A DNA stretch of 63,505 nt, filler included. It is 5 parts of 5 records of this genome, joined end to end, with 100 filler letters (N's around TTAATTAATTAA, not from the genome) between each part and the next. Parts side by side here need not be neighbours in the genome. Positions count along the whole stretch, not along the records: positions 48,845 to 57,007 come from SRR31156797_8085; positions 57,108 to 63,505 come from SRR31156797_8105; 3 more parts are not named here. One strand, written 5' to 3'. The notes below the pieces were generated by a model. That model ran no database searches, was not told the origin of the DNA, and saw only the letters and a list, made by a program, of their open reading frames with translations. Of this stretch, positions 48,998 to 59,771 are shown in pieces. The position numbers were made by a program, and so were the translations under genes. The first letter of the stretch is position 1, and each line of letters starts with the position of its first letter.

Positions 48998-49123
48998 TTA
49001 TCTTCTGTTTCTTGATCTTGATCGTACTCTAATTCGAACCTTTTGTTTTTTCTGCTCTGATTTAGTCTTAGCTACATAATAATAAGCTCCAACGCTAAAC
49101 AAAGCAACTAATAAAATATTCAT
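48998..49123 (-). CDS. 41-aa single-TM peptide with Arg/Lys-rich tail, absent from the ORF track
   Basis: MNILLVALFSVGAYYYVAKTKSEQKKQKVRIRVRSRSRNRR*; GGAGGT RBS 7 nt upstream. Confidence 0.65.
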   Translation of the reverse strand: MNILLVALFSVGAYYYVAKTKSEQKKQKVRIRVRSRSRNRR

Positions 49124-49274
49124 TGTGATGACCTCCATTTCTTAATTTTGATTTTTATTTGTTGCTGTTATTAATATGTTACTCTATCTTGACTATGAAA
49201 ATCAACTTTTTGGTAACTTTTTTTAATATTTTTTACAATAATGCTAAATAAATAATACTTTTGATAACAAAGTA

Positions 49275-50312
49275 CTATTTTTCATACATCTTGTAGTATT
49301 CCCAAATAAAATCCTCTTTTTCTACTATATCTGCTTTAACAGAAAAAATATAGAGTTCCTCTCCTTTCTTTATCTCCTCATATGTTTTATCATTTTTCTG
49401 AAATTCAAAGTTACTTTTTGACTTAAAAACCTCTATTTTGTAATTTTCTCCTTCTATACTCTTAATATAGGTTAAATTTGAATATATCTTCTCTATGTCC
49501 TGATCTTGATTCCTAAAATTCCTAATAAAATAGTATCTGTAATTTCTTTTAACTATAATTCCTTTTTCCACTGCTACACTTACTCCGATATTATTGTCTA
49601 CATAATACTCTCTAAGCTGCCTGATTCGCTCATCTGAGATTATCGGTGAGGGATAAGCATTTATAGTTCTAAATCCGCCATCTTTGATATATAGCATAGA
49701 CAATGGCTTGATATTTAGTCTCTTGATCGCCTTCAGGTCATAACCTCTTCTCCTGTTTTCTGCTTCATTATCTACAAGCGAAGCAAAAACCATGATCTCC
49801 TTATCTACAAATACAGAGCGCAAATAAGTCAAAATTTCTAAATACTTAGCTGAATTATCTATATTTTGCATTTGTGAATAGTTTATCCACTCCAAATCGA
49901 TAACAATACCGTCATAGAGTAAGTCCTGTTTATCTAAGTCTCTTTTTATTTTATCAATTTTAATATTGTAATCTCTGTAAAAATAAGAAAAAGCTTCACT
50001 GCCGAAACTATCAAAAAACCAAAAGTATATTTTTCTGTTATTTGATATAAGAATATCACTTAGTTTTTTCAGGTTATTCTTAGAGCTAGTATAATAATAA
50101 TCTCCGCCTTTATCAAAGATTACTTCATTTCCCAGATGAAGGATTATCCCCTTGTAATCTTCTGCAATCTCATCAGCTATCTCCTCTATTACATCTGCTC
50201 TATCTCTGAAATTATTCCTCTGATACCAGGGATCGGCCATAATAATATAAGTTTCTACTGCGAAACTATTATTGATGCACAAAATCAGCAATACAAGTAT
50301 GAGTTTATTCAT
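49275..50312 (-). CDS. Secreted glycoside-hydrolase-like protein
   Basis: Signal peptide; YDGIVIDLEW resembles the GH18 DxDxE strand. Confidence 0.5.
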   Translation of the reverse strand: MNKLILVLLILCINNSFAVETYIIMADPWYQRNNFRDRADVIEEIADEIAEDYKGIILHLGNEVIFDKGGDYYYTSSKNNLKKLSDILISNNRKIYFWFFDSFGSEAFSYFYRDYNIKIDKIKRDLDKQDLLYDGIVIDLEWINYSQMQNIDNSAKYLEILTYLRSVFVDKEIMVFASLVDNEAENRRRGYDLKAIKRLNIKPLSMLYIKDGGFRTINAYPSPIISDERIRQLREYYVDNNIGVSVAVEKGIIVKRNYRYYFIRNFRNQDQDIEKIYSNLTYIKSIEGENYKIEVFKSKSNFEFQKNDKTYEEIKKGEELYIFSVKADIVEKEDFIWEYYKMYEK

Positions 50313-50323
50313 TGGACAACCTC

Positions 50324-50980
50324 CTAGAACTTAACTCCGAATCCAAAGAGTAACTCTCTTTCACTGGTTGTAAGATTATAACCATAACCGGCATTTATAT
50401 CATATCTGCTCTCATTTTTATTAATTTTTACTTCAACTAGAATTTTATTTAACTCATCAAAATCAAAATAGTAGGAATAGTGCCAGATTTTATAATTATA
50501 TTTTGCCATATAATCAATTGTAAATTCATCACCATCAATACCTGTTATTCTAAATGATGCAATTCCTCCGTTTTTATAATAATGATCACGCTGTAATTTA
50601 TAGAACATGATATCCAGATCATCATATTTATTTATTTTTATCCCGTAAGTCATAAGTTTATGAGTATAATCAACTCCAAAATTTAATCTCATAAAATCAT
50701 TTTGTCCCAGTATATAATAGAAATTCCCTTTATACAGTTCTAAATACTCTCCGTTACGAAAAAAAACTACATCTCTATACACAGCTTCTCTATTATAGAT
50801 AAGTATATATTTACCTTGTTTCTTGTAATAAAAAGACATATAAGGTGTCTCTACTGTCGTGCCGTCTTTCGACTCTAATGTTGAATAGTTATATTTTATC
50901 TCCCATTTTTTAAAGTCATCTGTTGTATCAGAAAAGCTAACAGATAGAATTATAAAAAATAGTATTATCAATCTTCTCAT
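50324..50980 (-). CDS. Putative outer-membrane beta-barrel (YaiO-like position in operon)
   Basis: Signal peptide, Tyr-rich alternating strands, C-terminal GFGVKF. Confidence 0.6.
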   Translation of the reverse strand: MRRLIILFFIILSVSFSDTTDDFKKWEIKYNYSTLESKDGTTVETPYMSFYYKKQGKYILIYNREAVYRDVVFFRNGEYLELYKGNFYYILGQNDFMRLNFGVDYTHKLMTYGIKINKYDDLDIMFYKLQRDHYYKNGGIASFRITGIDGDEFTIDYMAKYNYKIWHYSYYFDFDELNKILVEVKINKNESRYDINAGYGYNLTTSERELLFGFGVKF

Positions 50981-50990
50981 AATAAACCTC

Positions 50991-52397
50991 CTAAAACTGC
51001 TTTCTCTTCATCTCTCCCCACGACGTCTCTTTCATTAGATATTGTTTGATCCCAATTAATCTAAATACAAGAGTTAATTGTCTATAACCTAAATTTTCTA
51101 ATATCGCGAATAAAAACAGTTTAAATATATCTTTGATTCGCTTATATCTGTTAAAAGTCATAACCTCCAGAAATACTGCCAAGAGAGATATAAGTACTCC
51201 TAAAAAAGTCGAAAACACATAAAAGAGAACAAATACTCTCCATTCTATTAGATTATTAAAATAAAAAAACGGGAAAATAATATAACCGCTGAGTTCAATC
51301 ACCGGTGATATTAATTCAAATATCAAGTAATAAGGCAGTGCCAAATTTCCCACTAGTTTATATTTTTTTCTAAATATCAGCCCTCTATTTTCAGCTAATG
51401 TTTCCATTAAACCTTTATGCCATCTTGCTCTCTGATTCTTAAGAGTTTTCAGATCTTCAGGAACCTGTGTCCACGATAAGGGATCAGGAACAAATAGAAT
51501 TTTATATTTCAATTTATTTTCAAGATAAAATTTATGCATCCTGATAATCAGATCCATATCTTCACCAACGGTATTTTTTTTAGTTTTTTCTGTTGAATAA
51601 CCACCGATTTTAAACACAGCATTTTTTTGAAACAATCCAAAAGCTCCAGATATTATCGGCAGTGCATTTAGCAAAGTCCATGCATATCTCCCAAATAAAA
51701 AGGCCCGTAAATATTCAACAACCTGAAATCCTGATAAAATATTTTTAGGATACGATATATCCAATATTTTGTTATCACTAACTTCACACCCGTTAATAAC
51801 ACCAACAATACCACCTGTTGCTATTACGTTGTTCGGGTTATCTATTACAGGCAGGATAACCTTCAGATACGAATCTGGTTCAAGTATTGTATCTGCATCA
51901 ATACTACCGAAATACGGATATCGTGATACATTTATTCCTGCATTAAGTGCATCTGCTTTTCCGCCGTTATGTTTATCTATCAGGATAAGCCTTCTGTCAA
52001 TTGAACTCCTATAGATATTTTTTATTCCTTTGGTTTCAATCGTTCTCTTAAACGGATAATTATACAGCTCACATTTATATTCATAAATTATCTTTCTCAA
52101 AGTATTGTCTTTCGAGCCGTCATTTATAACGATCACTTCATATTCAGGATAATTGAAATAACTTAGGAAAGCATTTATATTTTTTATTATAGTATCCTCT
52201 TCATTGTATGCAGGAACTAACAAAGAGATAGGCGGTATTAATTTTGATTGATATATTTTCAGATAATCATTTAAACGAGTCTCTTTTTTGTAATTTTTAA
52301 TCCCAAAATAGGAGATCACAAAAAATATAAAATAGCTTAAATTAAGTAAAACGAAATATATCAATATAGCGTAAGATAATATATTTACTATATTCAT
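50991..52397 (-). CDS. Processive GT2 glycosyltransferase (PgaC/IcaA-like)
   Basis: PAYNEE, DGSKD, GGKADALNAG, DAD, GED, QRARW; TM helices. Confidence 0.92.
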   Translation of the reverse strand: MNIVNILSYAILIYFVLLNLSYFIFFVISYFGIKNYKKETRLNDYLKIYQSKLIPPISLLVPAYNEEDTIIKNINAFLSYFNYPEYEVIVINDGSKDNTLRKIIYEYKCELYNYPFKRTIETKGIKNIYRSSIDRRLILIDKHNGGKADALNAGINVSRYPYFGSIDADTILEPDSYLKVILPVIDNPNNVIATGGIVGVINGCEVSDNKILDISYPKNILSGFQVVEYLRAFLFGRYAWTLLNALPIISGAFGLFQKNAVFKIGGYSTEKTKKNTVGEDMDLIIRMHKFYLENKLKYKILFVPDPLSWTQVPEDLKTLKNQRARWHKGLMETLAENRGLIFRKKYKLVGNLALPYYLIFELISPVIELSGYIIFPFFYFNNLIEWRVFVLFYVFSTFLGVLISLLAVFLEVMTFNRYKRIKDIFKLFLFAILENLGYRQLTLVFRLIGIKQYLMKETSWGEMKRKQF

Positions 52398-52398
52398 T

Positions 52399-53877
52399 TT
52401 ATCCCTCTTTCTGTAATAATAACTCTCTCTTTTGACTTGCAGAGTTAAACACTTCTTCCTTCATCACTCTGTTTTTTAATACTTCATCATAGAAATGAAT
52501 AAACTCAGTGTTTTCAACTACTTCTATCAATTTTAGTTTTACTTCTAAACTGACTTTATCTTCATTTAGCAGTTTATCCAATATCGTTAAGTTATTTCCT
52601 CCATTTACTATTTTTGAGATTTCATTTACAGCAAAATCAGTGTTTTCATTAACTAAAAATTTTAATATATAAGCATAAAAAGTACCATTTACCAGAGAAT
52701 GAGCAGCAACTTCCTTCGCATAAGCATCATCAGAAGTAAAGGTTCTTAGTAAATACTGATAACCTGATAAGCCTAAACGCTCTAAGCTAAGTGCAGAATT
52801 ATACCTAATCCACCAGTTAGAATGAAATAACATGTCATACAATAAGTCATAAGTTTCCTGAAAATCATATTTGTGAAGATATTTTGCTGCAATTGTTTGC
52901 ATTACCCAGTCTTCTGATTTTGCGGCAGTTTTTATTATTGGATAATATTCAGCAAATCCTATCTCTCCGAGTGATTTAACTAAAAAGATCAGATACTCTT
53001 TCTCTTCACTACTTAACTCCTCTTTTGCTAAGTAGATGTTAGCTTCCTCAAAACACACTTCCCCAACCTTAAATTGATGATTCAGTGCTATCATATTGAG
53101 TATCATTCCTCTGTGAATCAAGGATAAATTTTCTTCAAATATAGTTTCACAAAGATAATCTCTCATTTTTGCATTATTAACTAACATATTGAAAAAATTT
53201 GATTTCCCCATTAAAAATATTTCGAAGAATTTTTTTAGTTCAATTTCGTTTTCAGCATTCAAATATGCTAAAACTGAAAATATCTTTCTAATATACAAAA
53301 TTATCTCGTCATCACTCATTTCATGAATCCAAGCATCAACTAAAGTACTCAGAGAGATGAAATATCCTTTGTAATAACCTCTTTTAAATATTTCATTGTC
53401 CTCTATTTTCATTAGTTCTTCTATATATCTTTTATTTCTAAGTTCACCTATTCTAAACAAGTAAAACTCTCTCTCTTTTTTACTTTTTGCTCTTTTGAAT
53501 TTTTTAAACAGATAATCAGAGGCACCTATTTCATCCATTTTTTTTATTATTATATTTTGTATTTTTCCTTTAAATGAATTGATCACAACTATTGCCTGTT
53601 CTATGAAGAGATCAATCAGAAACATTTTATGAATCCAAAATCTATAGTTAAAATTGGAGTCTTCAGGAAAGATTTGCTCTCTGCTTATCAAAACTTTGTT
53701 CTCCTCACCATATAGTTCATGTAGAGCGTAATTAAGTAGCATATTTTGATATTGAACCCTATATTTCTCTTTTTTTATTTCAAATTTTGTATTTTTAACT
53801 GAGACTAATATTATCAATCCTAAAAAGATGAATAAAGTTATTCCTAAAATCTCAGTTACTAAGATTAATAGTTCCAT
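52399..53877 (-). CDS. Membrane-anchored HEAT-repeat protein
   Basis: N-terminal TM; C-terminal W.(I/M)R..AA..L repeats (NWWIRYNSALSL). Confidence 0.75.
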   Translation of the reverse strand: MELLILVTEILGITLFIFLGLIILVSVKNTKFEIKKEKYRVQYQNMLLNYALHELYGEENKVLISREQIFPEDSNFNYRFWIHKMFLIDLFIEQAIVVINSFKGKIQNIIIKKMDEIGASDYLFKKFKRAKSKKEREFYLFRIGELRNKRYIEELMKIEDNEIFKRGYYKGYFISLSTLVDAWIHEMSDDEIILYIRKIFSVLAYLNAENEIELKKFFEIFLMGKSNFFNMLVNNAKMRDYLCETIFEENLSLIHRGMILNMIALNHQFKVGEVCFEEANIYLAKEELSSEEKEYLIFLVKSLGEIGFAEYYPIIKTAAKSEDWVMQTIAAKYLHKYDFQETYDLLYDMLFHSNWWIRYNSALSLERLGLSGYQYLLRTFTSDDAYAKEVAAHSLVNGTFYAYILKFLVNENTDFAVNEISKIVNGGNNLTILDKLLNEDKVSLEVKLKLIEVVENTEFIHFYDEVLKNRVMKEEVFNSASQKRELLLQKEG

Positions 53878-54275
53878 TATTCTCCCCTATACTCACATTG
53901 AAATAGTTCCAGTCTATTTTTTATTCTATCAGCCAACAGTTTTAATGTCACCGGGTCAAAAGGTTTGGTTATACAGTAATCAACTTGATTTGAATATAAC
54001 TCACTAATAGTCTCCTCAGAGTTATCCTGCGTAACCGCCATAATATAAGTAAATTTATCACTTAACTCATAACGAACAAAATCAACAATTTTTCTCCCGC
54101 TGCTTCCCTCTATATCTACATCTACTATTATCAGGTCATATTTATTCCTATTTAGAAGTTCAATACTTTCCTTTGTCGTTGAGGAAATTTCCAGAGAATA
54201 TTCGAATATATCAATGAAAATTTTCTTTATAACTTTTAAATAAATTTCCGTATTCATAACTAATAATACCTCCAT
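53877..54275 (-). CDS. Single-domain response regulator receiver
   Basis: DLIIVD, MAVT, DYCITKPF. Confidence 0.8.
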   Translation of the reverse strand: MEVLLVMNTEIYLKVIKKIFIDIFEYSLEISSTTKESIELLNRNKYDLIIVDVDIEGSSGRKIVDFVRYELSDKFTYIMAVTQDNSEETISELYSNQVDYCITKPFDPVTLKLLADRIKNRLELFQCEYRGE

Positions 54276-54450
54276 GATCTCTTCCCCCTTACGTAAATTG
54301 ATTTTTGCAGTTCATTATATATTAATTTAAATATTATTCGACAAAAACTATCAATTTCATTTAAAAAAATAAAAAAAGATTAAGAACTCTAAGCCTTAAC
54401 CTCTTTCTATTCACTCAGTAAGATCTATGTGATTACTCTTAAATTTAGTT

Positions 54451-55701
54451 TTAATCTACAGTATAAATATTCACACCACCAACACCACTGGCTATGAAAA
54501 GATATCTTGATTTGTATGCAACATGATTTGCCGAGTAATTTTGACCACTTTCATCTTCTATCCCTTGAAAATCAATAAAACCTAATACTTCTCCAAACTC
54601 TGAATCAGTTTTACTTACGTCTTTAATATCTACTAATCTAACTCCATACTCTCCATTTGCAACAAATACCAGTTTATTATCAAAGCTAACGCTATTCGTT
54701 ACATGATTAGAATTATCATCAGGGTTATCCAGAGAGAATACAGCAGTTAATGCGTCACTCTCGCTAATATCATATACCTGAAATCCGAGAGAAGACATCC
54801 CAATGAAAGCTAATTCCTGATTATACATCTCAATCGTTGCCTTATTATAATCTGATGAAAAGTCAGATAACTCCAACTCTTTTACAACTGAATTATCTTT
54901 AATAAGCATTATTTTAGCTTCCTCTGTATTGTCAGTAGTTCCTTTGATAGCGACTACTCCATTTTTATACTCCTCCATATCACGAACATCAGCTTTATCA
55001 AGTGTAGTTCCTATATTAAAATTACTATCCGTTATGTAAATTTTTCCATCTTCAGCACCTGCACTAATATGATAGTCACTACCTTTTTTAGTAATAGCTG
55101 TAACACCGTGACTATGCTCAAAGAAAGTTAAACTATCTTCAATACTGTCTATGTCAATAGTATTTACATTTTCTATCACACCAATGAAACTCTTACTAGA
55201 ATAGATATCAGGATTAGCAGCGCCTCCAAAAATCAATTTATTCCCGTCCAGATAGAGAGTATTAATGTCCATCGCTTCAAAAATAATCTCCTGAGTTATT
55301 TCAGGTTCATCAGCATCGTTGATATTTATTAATTGAATTGCTCCTTTGAAAATTTCATCGGCATAATTAAAAGCCACATACGCTTCATTTCCTTTTAAAA
55401 TAATATCATTAGCCTGTACATTCAGACCGCTTACCTCCACAGGCAATACTCTGGCTACATATTTTATCTCATATTCAAAATCATCTATTTTTTTAGCTTT
55501 GTTAAGAGTAAATAATTTACTCGCTGACTCATCCTCTTCTTCATATACATCTACAGTTTCTGATTTTAATTCAATCTGTTTAGCTGATGATGACTTTATA
55601 TATACCGGATCATCATCGGAGCTACCTGATAAATTTGACAGTTCCTTCGTTAGGAAGCAGCCGCTTAGAAAAAGTAATAAAAAGGGTAATATTTTTTTCA
55701 T
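54451..55701 (-). CDS. LVIVD-like repeat (beta-propeller) lipoprotein
   Basis: Lipobox LSGC; VFVANGEYGVRLVDI and LFIASGVGGVNIY repeats; GAGGTG RBS. Confidence 0.75.
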   Translation of the reverse strand: MKKILPFLLLFLSGCFLTKELSNLSGSSDDDPVYIKSSSAKQIELKSETVDVYEEEDESASKLFTLNKAKKIDDFEYEIKYVARVLPVEVSGLNVQANDIILKGNEAYVAFNYADEIFKGAIQLININDADEPEITQEIIFEAMDINTLYLDGNKLIFGGAANPDIYSSKSFIGVIENVNTIDIDSIEDSLTFFEHSHGVTAITKKGSDYHISAGAEDGKIYITDSNFNIGTTLDKADVRDMEEYKNGVVAIKGTTDNTEEAKIMLIKDNSVVKELELSDFSSDYNKATIEMYNQELAFIGMSSLGFQVYDISESDALTAVFSLDNPDDNSNHVTNSVSFDNKLVFVANGEYGVRLVDIKDVSKTDSEFGEVLGFIDFQGIEDESGQNYSANHVAYKSRYLFIASGVGGVNIYTVD

Positions 55702-56086
55702 TTCTAACACCTCACATTATAGTTCATATTTATATAAATTTAGCTTTAGTTCAAAATCCCAAGTTTGTTTACTAAACAGATAGTATATATGTATGTATTA
55801 TAGTAGGTCACGTTGTTCCTTTTCAATGGTTTTGTTAAATAAAAATTGTTCTACTACGTTCATCTTTCTCTTTCATCTCTTTATTTCCTTTAATATTTAT
55901 ATATATTTAATACTTTATTACAATGTTCGTCAAAAAACGAACATTTCTTTATCTATTCAGTAATGATTCCAGTTGTAATTCAATAACAAAAATATATTAT
56001 ATAATTTGCATTTCATAGTACTCCATCATATAATATATTCGGGCTTTTAGATAAAATCCAATTTATACAAAAAAAGGAGAAAAAAT

Positions 56087-56914
56087 ATGACTGAACAAAA
56101 ACTCATTGAATACATAAACGATGAGGTTATAAAATATATCCCTAAGGTTATTCTTTCCATTATTGTTTTCGCTATTACATTGTACCTAAGTAAATTAGCA
56201 ACCAGATCAGTTAAATACTGGCTTAATAAGAAATCAGCGTCAGAAGAGATAAGCAAAGTAATATCACGATTTATAAAGTGGACCGTTATTTTCTTTGGTA
56301 CGCTATGGTCATTGGATATAGTGGATTTTAACATTATTCACTTTGTCGCAGGATTAGGTATTGTGGGATTCTCATTAGGTTTTGCACTTCAAGGATTAAC
56401 TCAAAACTTCGTAGCTGGAATTTTGATGATCTTGTATCGACCATTTAAGATTGGAGATTTTATAGAAGTGGGGGATTTCAGCGGGGTAGTTATTGATATA
56501 GAGACTCAGTTAACCAAAATACGAACACCGGATGGTTTATTAGTCAATCTTCCTAATTCATTTATATACAATCGTCCTGTATTGAATTATTCTCAGATGA
56601 ATAAGCGACGTATTTCGATCAAAGTCGGGGTGTCTTATAATGAAGATTTGGAGAAGGTAGAAACTGTACTTAATAAGGCTATTTCTGAGATTCCGGGAGT
56701 AATAATCGATAACCCGGCTCCATTGGTTGTTTTCAAGGAGTTTGCTGATAGTACTATTAATTTAGAATTTTACTTTTGGCACGAAATTGGAGCTAGTCAC
56801 TTCGGCACACTAAGTACGGGAATAAAAGTGATCAAGAAAAGTTTTGATGAGAATGGAATAGATATACCGTATCCTATTCAAGTTAATCATTCTAGCTCTG
56901 AAAATGCTGAGTAA
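56087..56914 (+). CDS. Small-conductance mechanosensitive channel (MscS family)
   Basis: GFALQG..NFVAG..I...PFKIGDFI; LPNS; GIDIPYP. Confidence 0.93.
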   Translation: MTEQKLIEYINDEVIKYIPKVILSIIVFAITLYLSKLATRSVKYWLNKKSASEEISKVISRFIKWTVIFFGTLWSLDIVDFNIIHFVAGLGIVGFSLGFALQGLTQNFVAGILMILYRPFKIGDFIEVGDFSGVVIDIETQLTKIRTPDGLLVNLPNSFIYNRPVLNYSQMNKRRISIKVGVSYNEDLEKVETVLNKAISEIPGVIIDNPAPLVVFKEFADSTINLEFYFWHEIGASHFGTLSTGIKVIKKSFDENGIDIPYPIQVNHSSSENAE

Positions 56915-56984
56915 AGTTTTATGAAAATATAATGAGACAGGTACCCACGAGGGCATTACTGTAAATTTGAGGTTTCAAAAAGCT

Positions 56985-57006
56985 GGGCAAACATAGGAGT
57001 TTGCCC
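56985..57006. repeat. REP-like hairpin at contig end
   Basis: GGGCAAAC-ATAGGA-GTTTGCCC. Confidence 0.45.
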
Positions 57007-57007
57007 G

Positions 57008-57107
57008 NNNNNNNNNNNNNNNNNNNNNNNNNNNNNNNNNNNNNNNNNNNNTTAATTAATTAANNNNNNNNNNNNNNNNNNNNNNNNNNNNNNNNNNNNN
57101 NNNNNNN
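57008..57107. other. Artificial contig linker
   Basis: N-run + TTAATTAATTAA + N-run. Confidence 0.99.
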
Positions 57108-58323
57108 CTGCTCTTGCAGCTTCAATAGCAGCATTTAAGGCAAGAAGATTTGTTTGATCAGCTATAGTAGAAATAGTTTTTACTATGTCATTCATTTCGT
57201 TAGAGTGTTTGTTTAATTTTAAACTAGTGTCAGAGGTTTTTTTTATTGAAATATTGTTTTGTTCAACTTGATTTATGACCTCTTTAATAGAAATAGAACC
57301 CTTTTTAGATAAAATTACTGAATCCTGAGAATTTTTAGTTATAAGATCTGATTTCTCATTGATAAGGCTTGAGATATTTTCCATAATGATATTTTCATCT
57401 AACATTGCTTGGCTTTCTTTTGCTTGATGTTGTATATTCTGAACTAATTCCTCAACAACAGCTGAAATTTCTTCTCCGCTAGCGCTATTCTCCATGGTGT
57501 TCATTGCGATTTTACCTATTGAATCCTCTATATCATTACTAGTTTCTATAATTTTTTGAATAATTTTTGATAGATTGTTTTTCATTATATTAAATGAATT
57601 AGATAAGGTTTTTAATTCATCATTAGTATTGCTTTTAATTTCCTCAATAGTTAGATCACCATCTGTAATGCTCCCTGCTCCCATACATATATTCTTAAGA
57701 GAGTTTGATATATTAGTGGAAATTTTTATTAAAATTATTAGTGTGAAAATAATAGTAATAATAACAATTAAACTACTAGAAATCAATGAAATCAAGAAAA
57801 TTTTCTTTATTCTTTTTTGCTTATTGTAATCATTTTTCAAAGTAATTCTTATGAACTCAAGCATGTTATTTTCAATAAAACTTAATTCTTTTATTATTTT
57901 TGTTTGACTATTTACTGCAGCACTCAAATTTTGTTTTTCAACATCATTTATAAGAGTTTTTAATAATGTTTCAATTTTCGTTTGAATTTTACTAACACTT
58001 TCTAATCTAAAATGAGCCTCATCATCCTTAATTTTCTTAAGAAGATTAGGAAGTGAATATTGTATGTATTCATTTGAACGAATAGTTGTTTTATCTTTGT
58101 TAAATAGATATTCAGACACTTCTTTGGATGTTTTTTGTGAATTAATGATGATGTTATTAGCTTCGATAATTTCAAAGAGCATATTATCGTATTGTTTATT
58201 TGAATAAGTTGTAGTTATGAATAAATTAATTACTGCTAATAGTATAAATAACAATGACGCTGAAAAAAGAAATAGGATTTTCTTTTTAATAGTGGTGTGT
58301 TTACTTTTATTAATTTGAATCAT
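57108..58323 (-). CDS. Methyl-accepting chemotaxis protein (3'-truncated by the contig end)
   Basis: Two TMs, HAMP (GDLT...DEL..L..SFN.M), IADQTNLLALNAAIEAARA. Confidence 0.92.
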
Positions 58324-58772
58324 TTAAAACTCCTTTCTAGAATACTATATTCATCTAAAATAAATTATCCAAGTAAAGCTTGATATGTTAAAAAAATAGA
58401 ACAGGTAAAAACCTATCCTATTTTTAAAATCATGTTTTAGTTAATATTGATTATAATTTTCATAGCTTCTTATTTGTAAGTTTCCAAATTTTTTAAATAA
58501 ATATGACACACACTACACACTATTTGAAGCTTGAAAGTAGCTCTACCTTTTACTTTCAATTACTTAAATTTAAGGTCAAAGTTCTCGCACTTGGAATTTT
58601 ACGCCCCTGAGTAAATAATATAAGGTATATGGATGCGCGCACAATCAACAGGCACATCCGAACCATACACTTCAATTTTTATCATAATTGATAGACTATG
58701 CTTTTATTATTTATGATTGAGTTTCAACTTCTCGGAATTTTTTTTACTTAAGACAAGCTGATTAATTATAAA

Positions 58773-59771
58773 CTATGCTGATATAACTTTTGATTTACGA
58801 TTTTTTTGATAACAATCAAATGCAACAGCGAGAAGTAAAACAGATCCTTTAGTAATCATTTGAAAATATTGACTAACATTTAATAAAACAAGTCCATTAC
58901 TAAGAATACCTATGATTAAAACTCCAGCAACAACATTTGAAATTTTACCATATCCACCATTGATACTAACTCCACCAAGTACAACTGCAGTTAGAACGTC
59001 AAATTCAAAACCTTTACCAGCTAAAGCTTGTCCAGAATTTGTTCTCGATAACATAACTATTCCAGCAATTCCGGCAAAAAGACCAGACAGAGTATAAGCT
59101 AAATACTTAACATTTTTTACATTAATTCCAGATAGATTAGCAGCCTCTTCATTTCCACCTACAGCGTAAAAGTATCTACCAAAGTATGTTTTATTAAGAA
59201 TGAAAGCTCCAATAGCAAGAATTACAATCATTAATATTACAGGAATGGGAATAGGTCCAATATAGCCTTGTCCTAGAATAGTAAATGCTTTTGGAAATCC
59301 AAAGATAGGAATACCCTTACAAATAACATACGCTATTCCTTCAAGTACAATCATTCCACTTAATGTTACAATTAATGGTGGAACCTTGATATTTGCTATA
59401 ATCCAGCCATTTAAAAAACCAATACTTGTACTCATCATTATAGCAATAATACTAGCCAGTATAGGATTAAGCCCTCCATTTACCATTAACCAAGCACCTA
59501 CAATGTTAACCAAAGTTATTTGTGAACCTATTGATAAATCAATACCGCCTAAAAGTAAAACATATGCCATTCCAACTGCTGCAATTCCTAACATAGAGAT
59601 CTGTCTAGCTACATTGAATAGATTTGATGGTACTAAAAATGCTTCTGAAGTAATCGAGAAAAAAATAAAAAGAATAAGTAAAACAGTAAATATTCCAAAT
59701 TTTTTGATAAAATTTACCCCCATTTTTTTTATATTTCCTCCATAATTATTTGATTTCAATGAAATATCCAT
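58773..59771 (-). CDS. Sugar ABC transporter permease (RbsC-like)
   Basis: GGIDLSIG, FGRYFYAVGGNEEAA.LSGI, AVVLGGVS. Confidence 0.93.
   Translation of the reverse strand: MDISLKSNNYGGNIKKMGVNFIKKFGIFTVLLILFIFFSITSEAFLVPSNLFNVARQISMLGIAAVGMAYVLLLGGIDLSIGSQITLVNIVGAWLMVNGGLNPILASIIAIMMSTSIGFLNGWIIANIKVPPLIVTLSGMIVLEGIAYVICKGIPIFGFPKAFTILGQGYIGPIPIPVILMIVILAIGAFILNKTYFGRYFYAVGGNEEAANLSGINVKNVKYLAYTLSGLFAGIAGIVMLSRTNSGQALAGKGFEFDVLTAVVLGGVSINGGYGKISNVVAGVLIIGILSNGLVLLNVSQYFQMITKGSVLLLAVAFDCYQKNRKSKVISA

Noticed and set aside
57052-57107. MCP C-terminus ...XXXLIN from the ORF track
   Set aside because: It runs into the linker; the gene is simply truncated
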